DNA of 60,416 nucleotides, filler included, from Sphacelaria rigidula (lineage: Eukaryota): NCBI GenBank assembly GCA_964200075.2. It is 8 parts of 8 records of this genome, joined end to end, with 100 filler letters (N's around TTAATTAATTAA, not from the genome) between each part and the next. Parts side by side here need not be neighbours in the genome. Positions count along the whole stretch, not along the records: positions 7,566 to 15,030 come from CAXNAA020014808.1; positions 15,131 to 22,595 come from CAXNAA020014809.1; positions 22,696 to 30,160 come from CAXNAA020014810.1; 5 more parts are not named here. One strand, written 5' to 3'. The notes beneath the pieces are model-generated. The model saw nothing but the letters and a program-made list of their open reading frames with translations. It did not search any database and was not told the DNA's origin. This document shows positions 12,467 through 25,699 of this stretch, piece after piece. A program made the position numbers and the translations under genes. Within the stretch, counting starts at the first letter, position 1; the number at the start of each line of letters is the position of its first letter.

Positions 12467-14167
12467 CAGTACAAAAGCAATTGAGCTTCGGCAGGTTACA
12501 ATGCGTGAGCGGACCGCGTGCTTCTTGGGCCCCATTGGAGTTCAAAACAACCCGGGACTGTGGTTTTCAAGACCGCTCAGGTCAGTCCCTGCAGGGACCG
12601 CGCCCCTGACCTCAACACTAACACTAACCCTAGCACTAGTCCTAACCATAGGAGGTGTTTAAACTCCGATGCGATCAAAACAACACGCGGTCCGCTCGCG
12701 ATTAAAAAGATCCCCGTCCTCTTATCAAGTCAATATTCGTGATGGGTTTTTAAATGCACACGCCGGTGACATCACTTCGAGTTTTTAAGTTGACACGTTT
12801 TGAGGTAACCAAGTGTGCGAGCGACGATTGCGCTCACAGGCGGGACCCAGCTAGAAGCTGGGAAGTGACCCCCTTCTGCATGTAAAGAAGGAAAATCGAA
12901 CGGTCATAGACACGTCGGGGATGCCTCGTCATCCCTACTAGGTGTCTGATATGATGCCAGGGGAAATGATTCGGTTTCTTCTTGCTAGTCGCTTCGAAAG
13001 GCAACACGGCTACTTGGGATTGGTTTTCGTCTAACTCCACGTAAAACGTCCACCACTCAGGAAAGGTACAGTCCACAGGCAGCAAATATGTCCGCTTCAC
13101 TATAGCGTGATCGTCACTAAGCGTGATTCAACCGACTAACGGTGTGCGTTCACCGAATATACAATATTACAGATGATGAGCGTGCCGCCTTTTCTTTTGC
13201 GGTCATGGAGTTTTTTTGTAATATCGACACTCACCACAATCAACCGCCGCTGCGAAGTAGTCGGCCACCGTTGCCGGGCGAGACTTTGCTTCCATTGTAA
13301 GAGCCGAGGTGGAAACCTGTGGGACAAAGACGGTAATCATAACGAGCGCTTTGTACTACATGGTGCATGCAATTTGTCTGTCGAAAGCGATCGTTTAGGG
13401 GTGAGATTGAAATTTTTGTACCACCGCAAAATAATGCGCCCTACATACGATACCGCACACTCGCTTTTGTATCCACAGTTTGTGACATTTACCACCAGGA
13501 GACATGTATATGTTCACATTTTCTTGCTAAATGGCCACGGCCGATTATGAAAAGTGACTTTTACGAAGTACTCGTTAGCTGAGGAGGGTTTTACCGCGGA
13601 TACGGAGGCTTCACAAACGGCCATAACGTCACGTTGGGAGAGTCGAGCACCGTGGGTCGCCAAGATCTGTTTTTCATGATATTCATGTCGCTAGATTTCC
13701 GTACTCGCGATGAGTGGCAGACGAACTCTGCCAAGAGTATTTCGCAGTCTTGCCTTCTATGAAGCTTGAAGAGGGCTCCGTTGGAGAGGGCTTAAGCAGA
13801 TGTAAGGGATCAAGTGGGCCGCTAGGGTTGATTGCTACCCGCCGGCAGACATCTGCTCGATCCGTATCTCGTCGCCAAAGAGCCAACGCGCAGGTTACAG
13901 TGTCGACGGCTATGCTTGCGCTTATCTGGATGTCTGGAAGCAGAAATGGAAGCCGACGGAGCACGTATCAAGCTTAAAGACCACAGATGTGACCTCGTGC
14001 AGAGGCCCATCAACACTGCAGGTTCGCAACTTGTGGATGATGCCGAGACCACACATCGTCCTTGTGGTAACCATTACAGGTTTGCCGGCATGCTTGCAAC
14101 CCCTCCCCATTCCGTCGTCAGGATGACTCCGTAGTCTCAATCCATCAACCCATCTCTCCCTCGGTAC

Positions 14168-14241
14168 TGCTCCGTCTCGAAAGGCATGCGTGGTCAATGG
14201 TCAAACGACTGAGGCAAGCAACAAATGAGTACGCCCCCCCC
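14168..14241 (+). mobile_element. ~75-bp C-tailed short interspersed element, copy 1
   Basis: TGCTCCGTCTCGAAAGG...GGTCAATGGTCAAACGACT...ACAAATGAGTACGC8; flanking direct repeat CCCTCGGTACTGCT / CCCTCGATACTGCT. Confidence 0.85.
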
Positions 14242-15030
14242 TCGATACTGCTTGGTGCTTGGTACCGCAGATTGGATCAACACTCTCGAACCACGCGGAC
14301 TCTTCTTTTCGTCAGTTGTTTTTTGCTTTGCACGTGCGTACGTTTTCAACAACGCAAACAGCATACTTCCCAGATAAAACCGCATATATCGAGATAAAAA
14401 TCTCAACCTTACGCCTCGACCGCTTCAAAGTCTACCAGTTGAATCACCGGGGCGCAGCGATCTCGTGCAGGGGGGAATTATGTACTTGGCCCCGCAGTGT
14501 GTTGTCGCAATGTGATATATACCCGGTTGCACTGACAATTCATCGTGTATCGTTGTCGTTGAACATGATCCTGTGTTGATGAAAAAACATAAAATGCCCT
14601 ACTACCCTTGGCACTTGGTTTACCGCAGCCAGCGTTGGCTTGAGCGGTCATCCGTGGCGAATCTCAGCACTGGATATACTGCAGCAGTCACTCACATGTA
14701 GCAGGGGATCTAACTTATTTGAGAGACAACTATCTTGCATCATCCTTATACGACCGCTGCCGCACGATCTCATCAACATTGTTCGAATCTGTACTAGCAT
14801 GGACATGGGGAGGTTTTGGCAAGCAACGGCGGGCGAGTTCGCTCAATTAGTATCCCGAAACATATTTATACTTCCACCACGACATATAGAAATAATTCTA
14901 ATACTAACAGTGTTTTCGTGAGATTGAGAGTAGATGATACGATCGAGAGTGGCTTTGATCATTCCCTTTAAGTGAGTCATTTTTTCTTTTCTGCTGTTCT
15001 TGTCTTTACCTCAATTACCTTCGGGTGCTT

Positions 15031-15130
15031 NNNNNNNNNNNNNNNNNNNNNNNNNNNNNNNNNNNNNNNNNNNNTTAATTAATTAANNNNNNNNNNNNNN
15101 NNNNNNNNNNNNNNNNNNNNNNNNNNNNNN
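15031..15130. other. Artificial scaffold linker 2
   Basis: Same 100-bp N/TTAATTAATTAA linker. Confidence 0.98.
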
Positions 15131-15395
15131 TCACCCAGGGCGAATATGAGCTGATGAGCTACGGGTTGGTAGCTCACCTATCGCAAACGTGCATAGCTCA
15201 TACAGCTCCCATAGCTCACTCAGGGCGAATATGAGCTGATGAGCTACGGGTTGATAGCTCACCCGGGGCAAACATGTGCAGGTCATGTAGCTCTCACAGC
15301 TCACCCAGGGAAAACATGAGCGGATGAGCTACGCTCGATAGCTCACCCGGAAAACATGAGCGGATGAGCTACGCCCGGTAGCCTACCCCAGGGAC
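15131..15395. repeat. TAGCTCA/TGAGCTA minisatellite, block 1
   Basis: Near-copy of ~16030-16220; dense TAGCTCA motifs in both orientations. Confidence 0.85.
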
Positions 15396-15839
15396 ACATT
15401 GTCGTGGCTCACTCACATCATATACCTAGCTCGCCGCTGGCCAACCCCGTGTCGCTTATGATGTAACATTCTTTTTCGAAGGGATGGCTCCACATATCAT
15501 TAGCTTGTGACGTTTTGCCTCACTCTTCGCGATAGGAAGAAAAGACGCCAACACATATCCTCGTTCGCTTGGTTGGATGGTTAAAAAAAGTATTAGTAGT
15601 CAGTGTCTACAATAATCGACCGATTCATTTCTTTTGATCGGTTGGCCGCGAGGGTACGAGTCCATCTGGTCATGCATACGTTTCTCAAGTGGAATCGGAG
15701 ATGATTCAACAGATGACTTATGCTCGCCGTCAAGGGCTTAGCCCCTTGACGGCGAGGGATGGCGATCTGATAAATCAGCATGTTTCACTTTATTTTTCGG
15801 GTGTGAGTGATGCCGATTCAGAGATCTCCTACCCTTGCG

Positions 15840-16310
15840 GAGCTCTCATAGACCTCATAGCTCATCCTGAGCCCACATGTGTAGCTCATGCATCTCTCAT
15901 AGCTCATCCAGGGCAAACATGTGTAGCTCATGCATCTCTCATAGTTTATCCGGGGCAAACATGTGTAGCTCATGCAGCTCTCATAGCTCACCCAGGACAA
16001 ACATGCGTAGCTCATGTAGCTCTAATAGCTCACCCAGGACGAATCTAAGCTAATGAGCTACGGGTTGGTAGCTCACCTATCGCAAACGTGCGTGGCTCAT
16101 ACAGCGCCCATAGCTCACCCAGGACGAATATGAGCTGATGAGCTACGGGTTGATAGCTCACCCAGGGCAAACATGTGTAGCTCATGTAGCTCATGTAGCT
16201 CTCACAGTTCACCCCAGGAAAAAAATGCGTAGCTCTCATAGCTCTCATAGCTCTCATAGCTCACTAGGGAGCTACGCTCAAAAAGAGCTAGCTCGAGCTA
16301 CAGGGAGCTG
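15840..16310. repeat. TAGCTCA minisatellite, block 2 (42-bp unit)
   Basis: CATGTGTAGCTCATGCAKCTCTCATAGCTCAYCCAGGGCAAA-type units in tandem, followed by inverted units. Confidence 0.9.
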
Positions 16311-19300
16311 ATATGTCCGACGTGTGCACTGATTTCCATGCTCCAAGAGCCGTTGGTTACAAACTAGAATCCGACATGATATGGAGGAGGTGGTGCATTT
16401 CTTTTGCCTTCAGCGGGGTCCCTCACCAGCCGTGGGGGGTCGTCAGCGAAATTCCACTGGTTTTGCACAAGTGGGTGTGGCGCCATGTATCAACTCAGCC
16501 AATTTTTTGGCTTATTCGGATGCGAATATTGCGAGGAAAAATCTGCAATATTTCCTCAAGGTAGATGGCTATTGACTCTTTGCCCGCTGGGGACGTGTCA
16601 GTTGACCCGCCTCATGGCACACCACACCAGCCTCTCTAGCCCCTCTGGTGGAAAAAGACATGAGCATCACGCCGTTGTCAAGTGCACAGTCGTGAGCAGG
16701 GGTGTAAACAACATAGGAGGTAGACGCGTCACACGAATCGGCGGAGCCAAGCCATTTCTTTGTTGACGTGGGCTGGAAGTCGTCATCTAGAGGTGAATGT
16801 AGACATGAAACGGGCAGATGGCGGATCGATTTTGTCCGCCGAGGGTACTCCGCCTTGGTTGTCGACAAGCAGCTCCTGGTTGTTCTCGGCATCTGCTAGC
16901 TGAACTGATATCCGTGACGTGTCGCTGCTGAACGACAGTGGGACCATGCTGTTCCGCCCCATTCTCGAGACCACCACCGAATGCCTCGCCACCGTACGAA
17001 CCAGACGGAAGCTGGGATAAGTGGGAACGAATATCGTTGTTCAGAGGTATGCTTCCCTGAAGACGGTAGGCTTGACCGGCCTGTCGGAATGGCTGGTGGT
17101 GGTGGTTCCAACAAACACCCAGACAAATCTAGCCTACATATGGGCGCCGACCTTGCGCTGCCCAAATCGTGGAATTATGTGCTGGGCACGCTGCCCCGCC
17201 GGTTTGTCGGGGCGACGACGCCTGCGACCCAACTAACGTCTCGTTATCGTATCGTAACATCGCTCGTGACTTGTGCACTGCGCACTTCCATCTCTCATAC
17301 GAAGGCCGCTGTGGTGATCTTCTTGCTTTCGGCAGGGGAGTGCTGGAGTTGTCTCATGAAAACGGACCTCAACCCTCAAAAACAGACAGACGCATTGGAT
17401 TTCAACTATGCCTGTGAGTTGCATTTTCTCTGCAACCGGTATACTTATCATATTTTCGTGCTTATTTTACGCCCAGGGTTATTTAGCACTAAGCACATAT
17501 CACTACCGTTTCCTAAATAAGTTGGATGTTCTACACATTTTCAACGTAACGGGTGCCGCAACACACCACCGCAACCAACAAGAATATTCGGAAATAAAAA
17601 AGAACGGAAAACGCCCTCAAAACTGTAATTGATCTAGACCATGTACCAAGCCCTACGTGACTTGGAGTAGGTATAGGTGCAGTGGTGCAAGGTGTGAAAT
17701 CTCGCTGGGGTGACAGAATCTTCCGCTGTTTGGCGATTTCAAAACTTGAGCAGTGAATCTCTTTCTCACGTTGCACGCGCTAGTACGGGGGTACAGTGCA
17801 GTCGCTCACCTTGCTTGATCTTGGTTTCTTCCGCGACGATATCCTCCTCTGCGTTTTGTAAAGCTTTCCCAATGTCCTGCATGAGCATGGGAATCCGGGT
17901 GCCACAATGATGGCTGCGTTACGAACTAGCATGATAAATAAAATGGCGTCCTACACAACATGTAGGGTGCCATCACGTTGTACGATATCACACCCTGTTT
18001 AGCTACAACTAGTTTGCATTCGCCTGGCAACAACACTCGCGGAACAGTGTCGTTCAGTCACTCGTCTGTTGACAACAGTTGGATGAATGTTAGGGAACGA
18101 GTAGCCTCTAGACAGCTACTGGAAAATGTCATTAAACTTTTCCATTGAGGAGTCGGTAGGATCTTCCTAGGGTCATGAGAATCGAAGATACTTAAACAGG
18201 ACTCGTGGGAGATCAGTACGGTCTAAATAACCAAGGATACACGGGTGTGTAAGTTGTAGCTTGTCACTAGTGTATATATGGATAGTGGGCGGAGCGTATA
18301 GGAACGTGACGGGGACTTGGAGTTGGTGAGCCTTGCAAAAGCAGGACTTAAGACAAAATACGAAGTCACAGAAGGTGGGCATTGGGTGACAACGTCCAGA
18401 GTGAAAAGCACGAGAGTCCCGGGGTTGACAGCTCCGGGATGACGGGTTCGGGTTGACGAGCCCGGGGCATTATGTGCGGATCGGATCAATGGAGGTGGTA
18501 ATCACGGTGATTTTGTTACTTTTTCAGAGCTCGGGCCAGTCACAGCACTGAAAAATATGTGCTATCTCAAATTACGATTTTTTCTCGCCGAGATCCGCCC
18601 CAAGGCACAGTTCATGTCAACCAGAAGCTGCCAGCTACCACTGCGTAAGACATCTGCGCAACTATTATAGCTTCCCGTAGACAACTGTCGGACCAGAAAC
18701 CTGTACACCTCGTTGCGTTAAAAGATCTGCTACGTAACAAGCATCCGGAAAACAACTACCGGGTAAACATGTTACGCAACTTTTTGCCGGTAGACACCTG
18801 ATGTGTTCTGTTCGGTCCAATCGAAATAAGCTTCATGTCCTATCTTCAGCTGCCAACGACGGTTTCAAGATCAAGGTCATGCCGATCAAGATGAAGTTGG
18901 CGCCAACGCAAGTGCCGAAAACACAAAACCAACAAGCCAGTACCCGGTAGCACTGAAGAATTAAGACAAACGTAAGGGCGCTCCAGTACCCACTCGCCAA
19001 GCGCAAGCGAGGTATCAAGTCAACAGGGGTTACGAACTGTACCAAGAACTGTTGTGCTGCTCAGTAATGATCTGACTAATCGAGTGTTGCACAGTAACTG
19101 ATAAAGTACCAGATCGTAAACTAGAAAAAAGGTCAATCGTATTTCGTACCTCGAGTTCGAAAGTTGCCAGGGTATTGACCTTCTCTTGGAGGTCCTGGCC
19201 CATCTTCGCCGCTCCATCGCTAAGGTTTTGTGTTATATCAGTCACCTGCATAACGTGTTCGGCAGTCGACGGCAAAGGGGATACTGACTATCTATCTGTA

Positions 19301-19401
19301 ATGCCTGTAGTTTTTTGTTCTACATGAGTAGTACAACACCCTTCTCTTTCTGTCTCCACTCCTTTTATAGTAAAGTGCGTGTTATGTTGTCATCCCATCT
19401 A

Positions 19402-20304
19402 CAGTAGTCAGCGTCAGAAGTTTGCAGAATCCGTAATTTGTAATTTCTTAGTTTCTCAAAGACTGTCCAAATTTGTTTTGCTTGCCACCATTCATCACAG
19501 TGACTGTTGGATGCCAAGAAATGGGCATCCGGAGATATTTTATGCCTCTTGACAAATATTGAAAAAAAATCATCTGCGATCAATAATGAGTGACTTACGG
19601 GCTTTACCGATCTTCGGGGGTCCTGCGAAAATATGACCCCAGGCTCTAGCTAATCGGTATTTTCGGTGGACCGACTCGATCTGGATCATATAAACGAAGA
19701 CTCAAAAAGGATTGTTTTTTTGAAATTCCACCTAGTCACTGCGCTAAAGCAGGAAAAGTATGTTTCTTGGATCATTTACGGTCAATAACACCCTCCTGAC
19801 AAACGGGGTCTTTACCCGGTATCGCTCCCACAACACCAACTCAGGCGATTGTGATTTGAGCACGGTTTGCCTTTTTTGCCAAAGCTATCGACGTTAGCAC
19901 TTTCAAGTGCTCATGAAAAATGTTATGCGAAAAAAATCCGAAAATAGGCCATCCGCAGAAAATGCTAGACTGAGGTGAAACACGATCTCGATTGTTATTG
20001 TGACGAATTTAATGCGTATGAATTTATTTGCATATTTACCGTTTCGTCGCTCAAGAGCGGGAAAACTGCTGATATTGGATCAAAAATGTTCAATAACACC
20101 CTCCTGATAAACGGGGTATCAAGTCGGTATCGCCCCAAAAACACAAAAACACCAACGTGAGCCCTGCAGTTTGAGCGCTGCCTACCGTTTCTCCCTAAAT
20201 CTACCGGCGCTAGCACTTTCAAGTAGTGGTGAAGAACGGTACTCCAGGAAAACTCAGAAAAAAGGACAACTACCAATGTTGAAAACTTCTGATGCTGACT
20301 CCTA
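19402..20304. mobile_element. Tc1/mariner-like MITE (TA TSD)
   Basis: TA|CAGTAGTCAGCGTCAGAAGTTT ... AAACTTCTGATGCTGACTCCTA|TA; internal direct repeat AATAACACCCTCCTGAYAAACGGGGT. Confidence 0.75.
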
Positions 20305-22595
20305 TATTCTGGACGGCATTCCATATCTTGTGGTGTATGTGGGCGCATCAGCGGGGGTCACACAGGAGGAAGGTCAACACAAGTGTTTCTTTTTTTAGCA
20401 CTCCACTTTCCTTCTGCGGTACTTGTCATATTTCAATCGCGAGAAGGGCCCAGCAGTCCCTTTCCCTCATCAACGCTGAAGTTGAACTTTGCGTACCCAT
20501 AACGTAGTCGCTCTCCACCGTTGGGCACGGCACAAGAAAAAATCGACCGAGATTCGAAACTTACGTCTCAACCGTCAGAAGGTTGAAGGCTTCAATCTTA
20601 AAACAGTATCAAGGATCTCAGTACCGTCACGTCTTTCCTGTTCTTCGCCTTGCTGTGCTGTGCTGGACCGTTGGCATGCCGTAAATATTGCAGAGCGAAC
20701 TGCACACAAAGGGTATATGAGAATGACAGTGCCGGTCAGTCAGCTCGCCTTCATCTTAGCAATGCTGGATGACCTGTTATTGACCTGCACTAGGCAGGCA
20801 GAATAGCTAGTACCGTACCGGACGACATTTCAGCGGGGGCATATGCTGTGTATGTACTACTTCAAGTCCACATGGTCGTACTTACACGGCGCTTCAATCC
20901 CGCAGTTCACCAGGATAATACACAAAATGGCGCAAATTCCATACCTTGGCGACGATTTCAGGCATACTAAACCATCCTGCCATGTTGCCGAGGGCCTTGA
21001 GCGCTGCCGAGCGAGTTAGGACAAGGCAATTGTGCTGGCAGTTGATGCAAGTTACAAGTCGGTGCAGTTAGGATACGTCACATATGGCCCTTGGTTATAT
21101 CGAACCCGCGATCGCGATGGGAATCGTCTCGTGGCATCATCATTTGTACGTATCGTTAAACTGCGCGGTATAAGAGTAAAATCGTAGCGAAGATGCACAC
21201 GTCACTCACTTGGAGGCAAGCAGTTTTCTAAGAATGGTAGATAAAAACAAATTGCATGAAGTCCTCGGGAATCTCGACAATCCTCGGCAAGTCTCGGCGA
21301 CGCAAAACAACACCTGAGATGATAAATGAGAAATGACGTTTTCCAAATTGGATCTGGTCGCACGCACTGGCTCTTTTGGCGATGATCCTGGTGACGGCGG
21401 ATACTGAGTACTCCCAGTACCCCGCGACTGATTGTGCTGTCGTTGCCAGAAGAGTGTCTGAGGTTCCTCGGTAAGGTACTGAATCAGTTAGTGAGATAGA
21501 GGCAGAGATTGGTGGAAACATAACCCAGCAAGGGAGAAAGCGCAAGCCACAGGGAGCGTGTTGATTGAGTCGTGGTTTTACTACACCAGCATGGACGAGC
21601 CACGATTTAGGGAAGACGATGAGTTGCGAGCCCGAGCCATACACGCGATTGCAGCCAGTACGCTAGAAAGAGAGGTGAGCTGGCTGTGGATTCGTAACTA
21701 GAGTCCTGACGGCCAATGACGCCAACCAGTACAGATCGTGCAGCGCAATATATAATGTGCAGGTAGGAATGGCTGTCATATGATGTCAAGACTGAAGGCG
21801 AGCAAACGAGCTACAGTATTGGGGGTAACCTTTGAGTACCCGCAAGCCACTATTATCGGAGCTACCTCCTGACTGACTGCATATCTCACCATCGTCGAGT
21901 TCCCACATTCAGTACAGTAGTGTCACGAACGATGAGGGTAAACATCACAATTATAGTACACTACAGTGAGCATATACTACTATCGTGCGCACAATAGGTG
22001 AGCAGCCGGCTCTTGGCAGAAGAAGAAGGGGCGGGAGGCGTAGATGATGTACAATCATCAGTCGGTGCTATGGCGCCAGAAGACCTCAAGGAAGAGCTGT
22101 TTCCAGCAAGCCTGCCACACTATCGACAGCCTGCGGTGAGCGTCTTTGTTCAGCCACCATGACATCAAAACACCGAGCGATTTGAGACGTATCGTGTTGA
22201 TGCCGTGCAATGCGTTATATGCAATGCACTTAAAGTGTCAGGTTCAGTGTTCGCGATGAGCGAGATCAGAGCTTGTGGAGGATTTAAGACGAATTATCAC
22301 TTCGGATACGCCGAAGTATCCACGCGTCTTCAGCGTGCGTTCATATACCGAGAGATCCCCACGACACAAAACGTGTATCACTCATAACTGGGTATCCATC
22401 TCTGCGATCCGTTTGGCATCCACCCACTGCATTTCGATATATGTAGTGCCAACCCCTCGCGGGCATCACTCGGTAGAAGTTGAACGTAGAGTAAATTACG
22501 GATGAAGGCGCGCTTTAGACCCACTTTTATGGCAAGCACGAATCTTGATTTTTTCAAAATCGGGGGGACAAAAAATCGGGAAACGCATTTTATGG

Positions 22596-22695
22596 NNNNN
22601 NNNNNNNNNNNNNNNNNNNNNNNNNNNNNNNNNNNNNNNTTAATTAATTAANNNNNNNNNNNNNNNNNNNNNNNNNNNNNNNNNNNNNNNNNNNN
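22596..22695. other. Artificial scaffold linker 3
   Basis: Same 100-bp linker. Confidence 0.98.
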
Positions 22696-24489
22696 TAAAA
22701 AATGGGACGACAACATACACACACACATTACTGTCTGTACTGACTGTAGTGCTCGGACTGTTGCAATGAGCGCACCGCCTGTTGTACATCAAACTCTCAC
22801 GTATAAAAGTCTTGCGTTTGAAAGAAGGCCCGTAAAATCGCACACTAGTGCATCGTGCTTCGCCTAATATAATAAACTGGAATCACGTAACAGTCGTGTG
22901 AAAAGCGTGTGTTTGGCATGCTTATCATCTACGATCACTAGAGGACCCTCCGGTTCGAATTTAAAAAGAGTATGACAGGGGAGCTTGAAGAGATCAATCC
23001 CTGGGTGAACGGATTCTCCTGTCTCAGTTGCAGATGACCCTGTGCTGCAAACTTTACGGTAGGAGGAAAAAAAAGAATCAACAAGCCAAAAAAGTACTCC
23101 AGAAGGCCAAGAGAGGGCTATGACTATTGCTCGTGAATGAGAGAGGATGCGAGGGTTCTTCACCCCTATTTTGTGGGGGAGAAAGCCATACTTATCCACT
23201 CGATCACGCGCATTGGAACGCAATAACACCGCCGGGCAAGCCGCCGCTGTTCCCTCGTAGTAATTCAGGAACAGAAGAGGGAAAGAGCATTTTTGATCTC
23301 GTGATCATTCTAGCAGTCAACAAGACATAAGGTGGACTATCCGTCACCTGAGATCACGATACGGGCGCTCACGCTACCGCCAGGATATTTCCATGACGAT
23401 GGCCTGGGACGAACTCTTGAGGAGTGTGGCGGTACCATGTTCCTACTGTTGTCCGTGAACACATGCGCAGTGCGGCACACAACGGTTGTCGGCACCCGTG
23501 CCAACATGAGCGTTGTGTCCTCAAACTGTGTCATCATGAACTACAGCCGCTTTTCGCTATGTGTCGTGATTTTCGTTGAAAAATCCAGAAGAGTCTTGCT
23601 TGAGAGCGTTTACAGTTACGGGTTAGTGTCATGTTTCCCACCACCACCCCCAAAATGAAGACGCGACGGAGTCTAAGAAGTGTACAAAAGGTTATATAGC
23701 AACTAAATCAATACACAGCTGTAGTATATGTCTAAAGCTCCCTTCTGATCGTAGTCTGGCTCAATTCCACCCAGTACACAGCTCACAAACCAGTGATGGA
23801 TACCCCTAAAAAAAGTTGTAACTATTTGTACAAGAAAAAACGTCATTTTCCAACATGCCCGTCCTTCACGCGACACAAGATTACTCACTACTGACGAACG
23901 TTACAAAGCCGAAACTCTACAGGCAGGTACTACTAGGCACTAACCGTCGTTCAATTTCTGGCAGACTTTGATTGAGTGTCGAAACAGTGCAATATCCTCA
24001 GTAGATGATCTTCACTTCACCCCGACTTCCAATTTTTAGACAAGGGTGTTGGCCGCCAAGAAGTGGAGGACTGGAAGTGGAGGACTGGTAGGTACGCGTT
24101 TCATCTACACAGGGCAATTTGAATTATGTCGATAGTATCCGTGTGCGTCGAGATATTGCCATCTCGGTGACGGGTGTTATAACATGTGAGGTGCGCCGTG
24201 AAAACCCATCGGGTCACATGTGATATCCACATTGATCAGGTAGTAATTGCGCCGCGTCCACTTGGTTTGTAGCGTGGGAAATACCTTCTCCCGCAAGCAT
24301 ACATGCAACAATTAACATTGCCCGCCAGTGGGAAGGACGTTCCAGACATGTGCTTCTCATTGTCGCTGGGGCGGCGCATGAAGCGTGCTTACGGGATCGC
24401 CGCGCAAAGTGTAAACGACACTTGATTGATTGATTGATTATCTCACATTAGCTGGTTGCTACAATCCAGCCCGTGGTCAGGAGCAGCAA

Positions 24490-24800
24490 AAATAGAACAT
24501 AATAATAAAAAACAATAACAAAAAAGAAAGGAACAGAAAAAGACAGAAGCAACGGCCTCAGAAAGAAAAGAAAGGGGGCAGCGATGACAACAACAAAAAA
24601 AAACACCACCGCCACCACCACCACCACCAAGCGACAACAACAAGAACAACAACAAAATAACGACAAACATATACACAAACACAAGCACGAGCAACACAAA
24701 AGGATTATGATCGCGCATTACGTAGCTGACTGCAACAATCCAGCTCGTGATCAGAGGAAAAAAAAGGAGAAAAATGAAAAAAAAATTAAAGATAAGAAAC
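24490..24800. repeat. A-rich / (CAA)n / (CCA)n low-complexity tract
   Basis: Runs of ACA, CCA and A-rich simple sequence. Confidence 0.8.
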
Positions 24801-25699
24801 ACTCACGGTCTGCCGATTCCTTGTGTCGTCAGTGATACTGTAAGCTGTCGGAAACAAAAGAGAGATGCCACGGAAGCTGCTTCAGGGTTTGCTTCGAAGC
24901 ACACGAAGTCACATCGACTGTGCGGTGTGATGGGGACCGAAGTTTGGTGGGCAACAATGAAGGGTTAGGGACGGAAAACATCATCTGATGTCCCTCCATC
25001 GTGCAGCACTTGGAACTACTGTTCTGCGACATGGAGGATGGATTACGTGTTCCATCTTCATCACGTACCCGCCCCCCCCGCCACCATGACCACAGACCAT
25101 ATACACATCGGACCCCAGAAATTCGGTCATCGGATTTCAATCTTGTATGGCATGCAGAAATTGGTGATAGCCATCGGTACGCGAAGGAATGCAGGCATAT
25201 TTTTAAAAAATGGTCCACATATATGAAGATTGTAATAAACCGACTTATCATCGTCAATGAAAACCGTTGTCCTAAATTTTTCACGGTCGGTTGTTATCAC
25301 ACCAAATATTCGTGGCGGTTCGCCCGCTGTGCAGAGCGCTATGAACGCCGCCTCAAGACTGGAGTCCACGCGCGTGTGGTGGTCGTGTTGCACAGTATTC
25401 CATAAGGTTCTCTGCAACACCATGTCTTGATCATCATTTTCGCTTTATTAGTCGTTCGTTCCACTACTATCACGCATTATCTTGAGATACAACCGGCGAT
25501 TCGCCCAAGGGTGTCGCCGGACGACCCGCCGTAGACGTCTGCACACAAGGGCGCACTGCACCAGGCACTCTACAACGTCCCCACCAACCCTACGCACGGG
25601 TTGTAACATCCGTCTGCAGAAGATAACTCCAACGGTTACTTATATACCTACGCAACTCATCTGCACAAAACATGTCTACGACTTTCGCTACAGGTGCAA

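Noticed and set aside
12605-12650. Telomeric (CCCTAA)n tract
   Set aside because: Short, degenerate and internal; more likely part of a dispersed repeat.
15151-15260. Hammerhead ribozyme (CTGATGA followed by a stem-loop)
   Set aside because: The required GAAA after stem II is absent; the motif arises from inverted TAGCTCA minisatellite units.
18833-19275. Two protein-like minus-strand ORFs (helical then hydrophobic)
   Set aside because: Could be a decayed gene fragment, but no recognisable motif supports a call.
24443-24835. Hydrophobic and Q/K-rich ORFs resembling membrane proteins
   Set aside because: Products of A-rich simple-sequence DNA.
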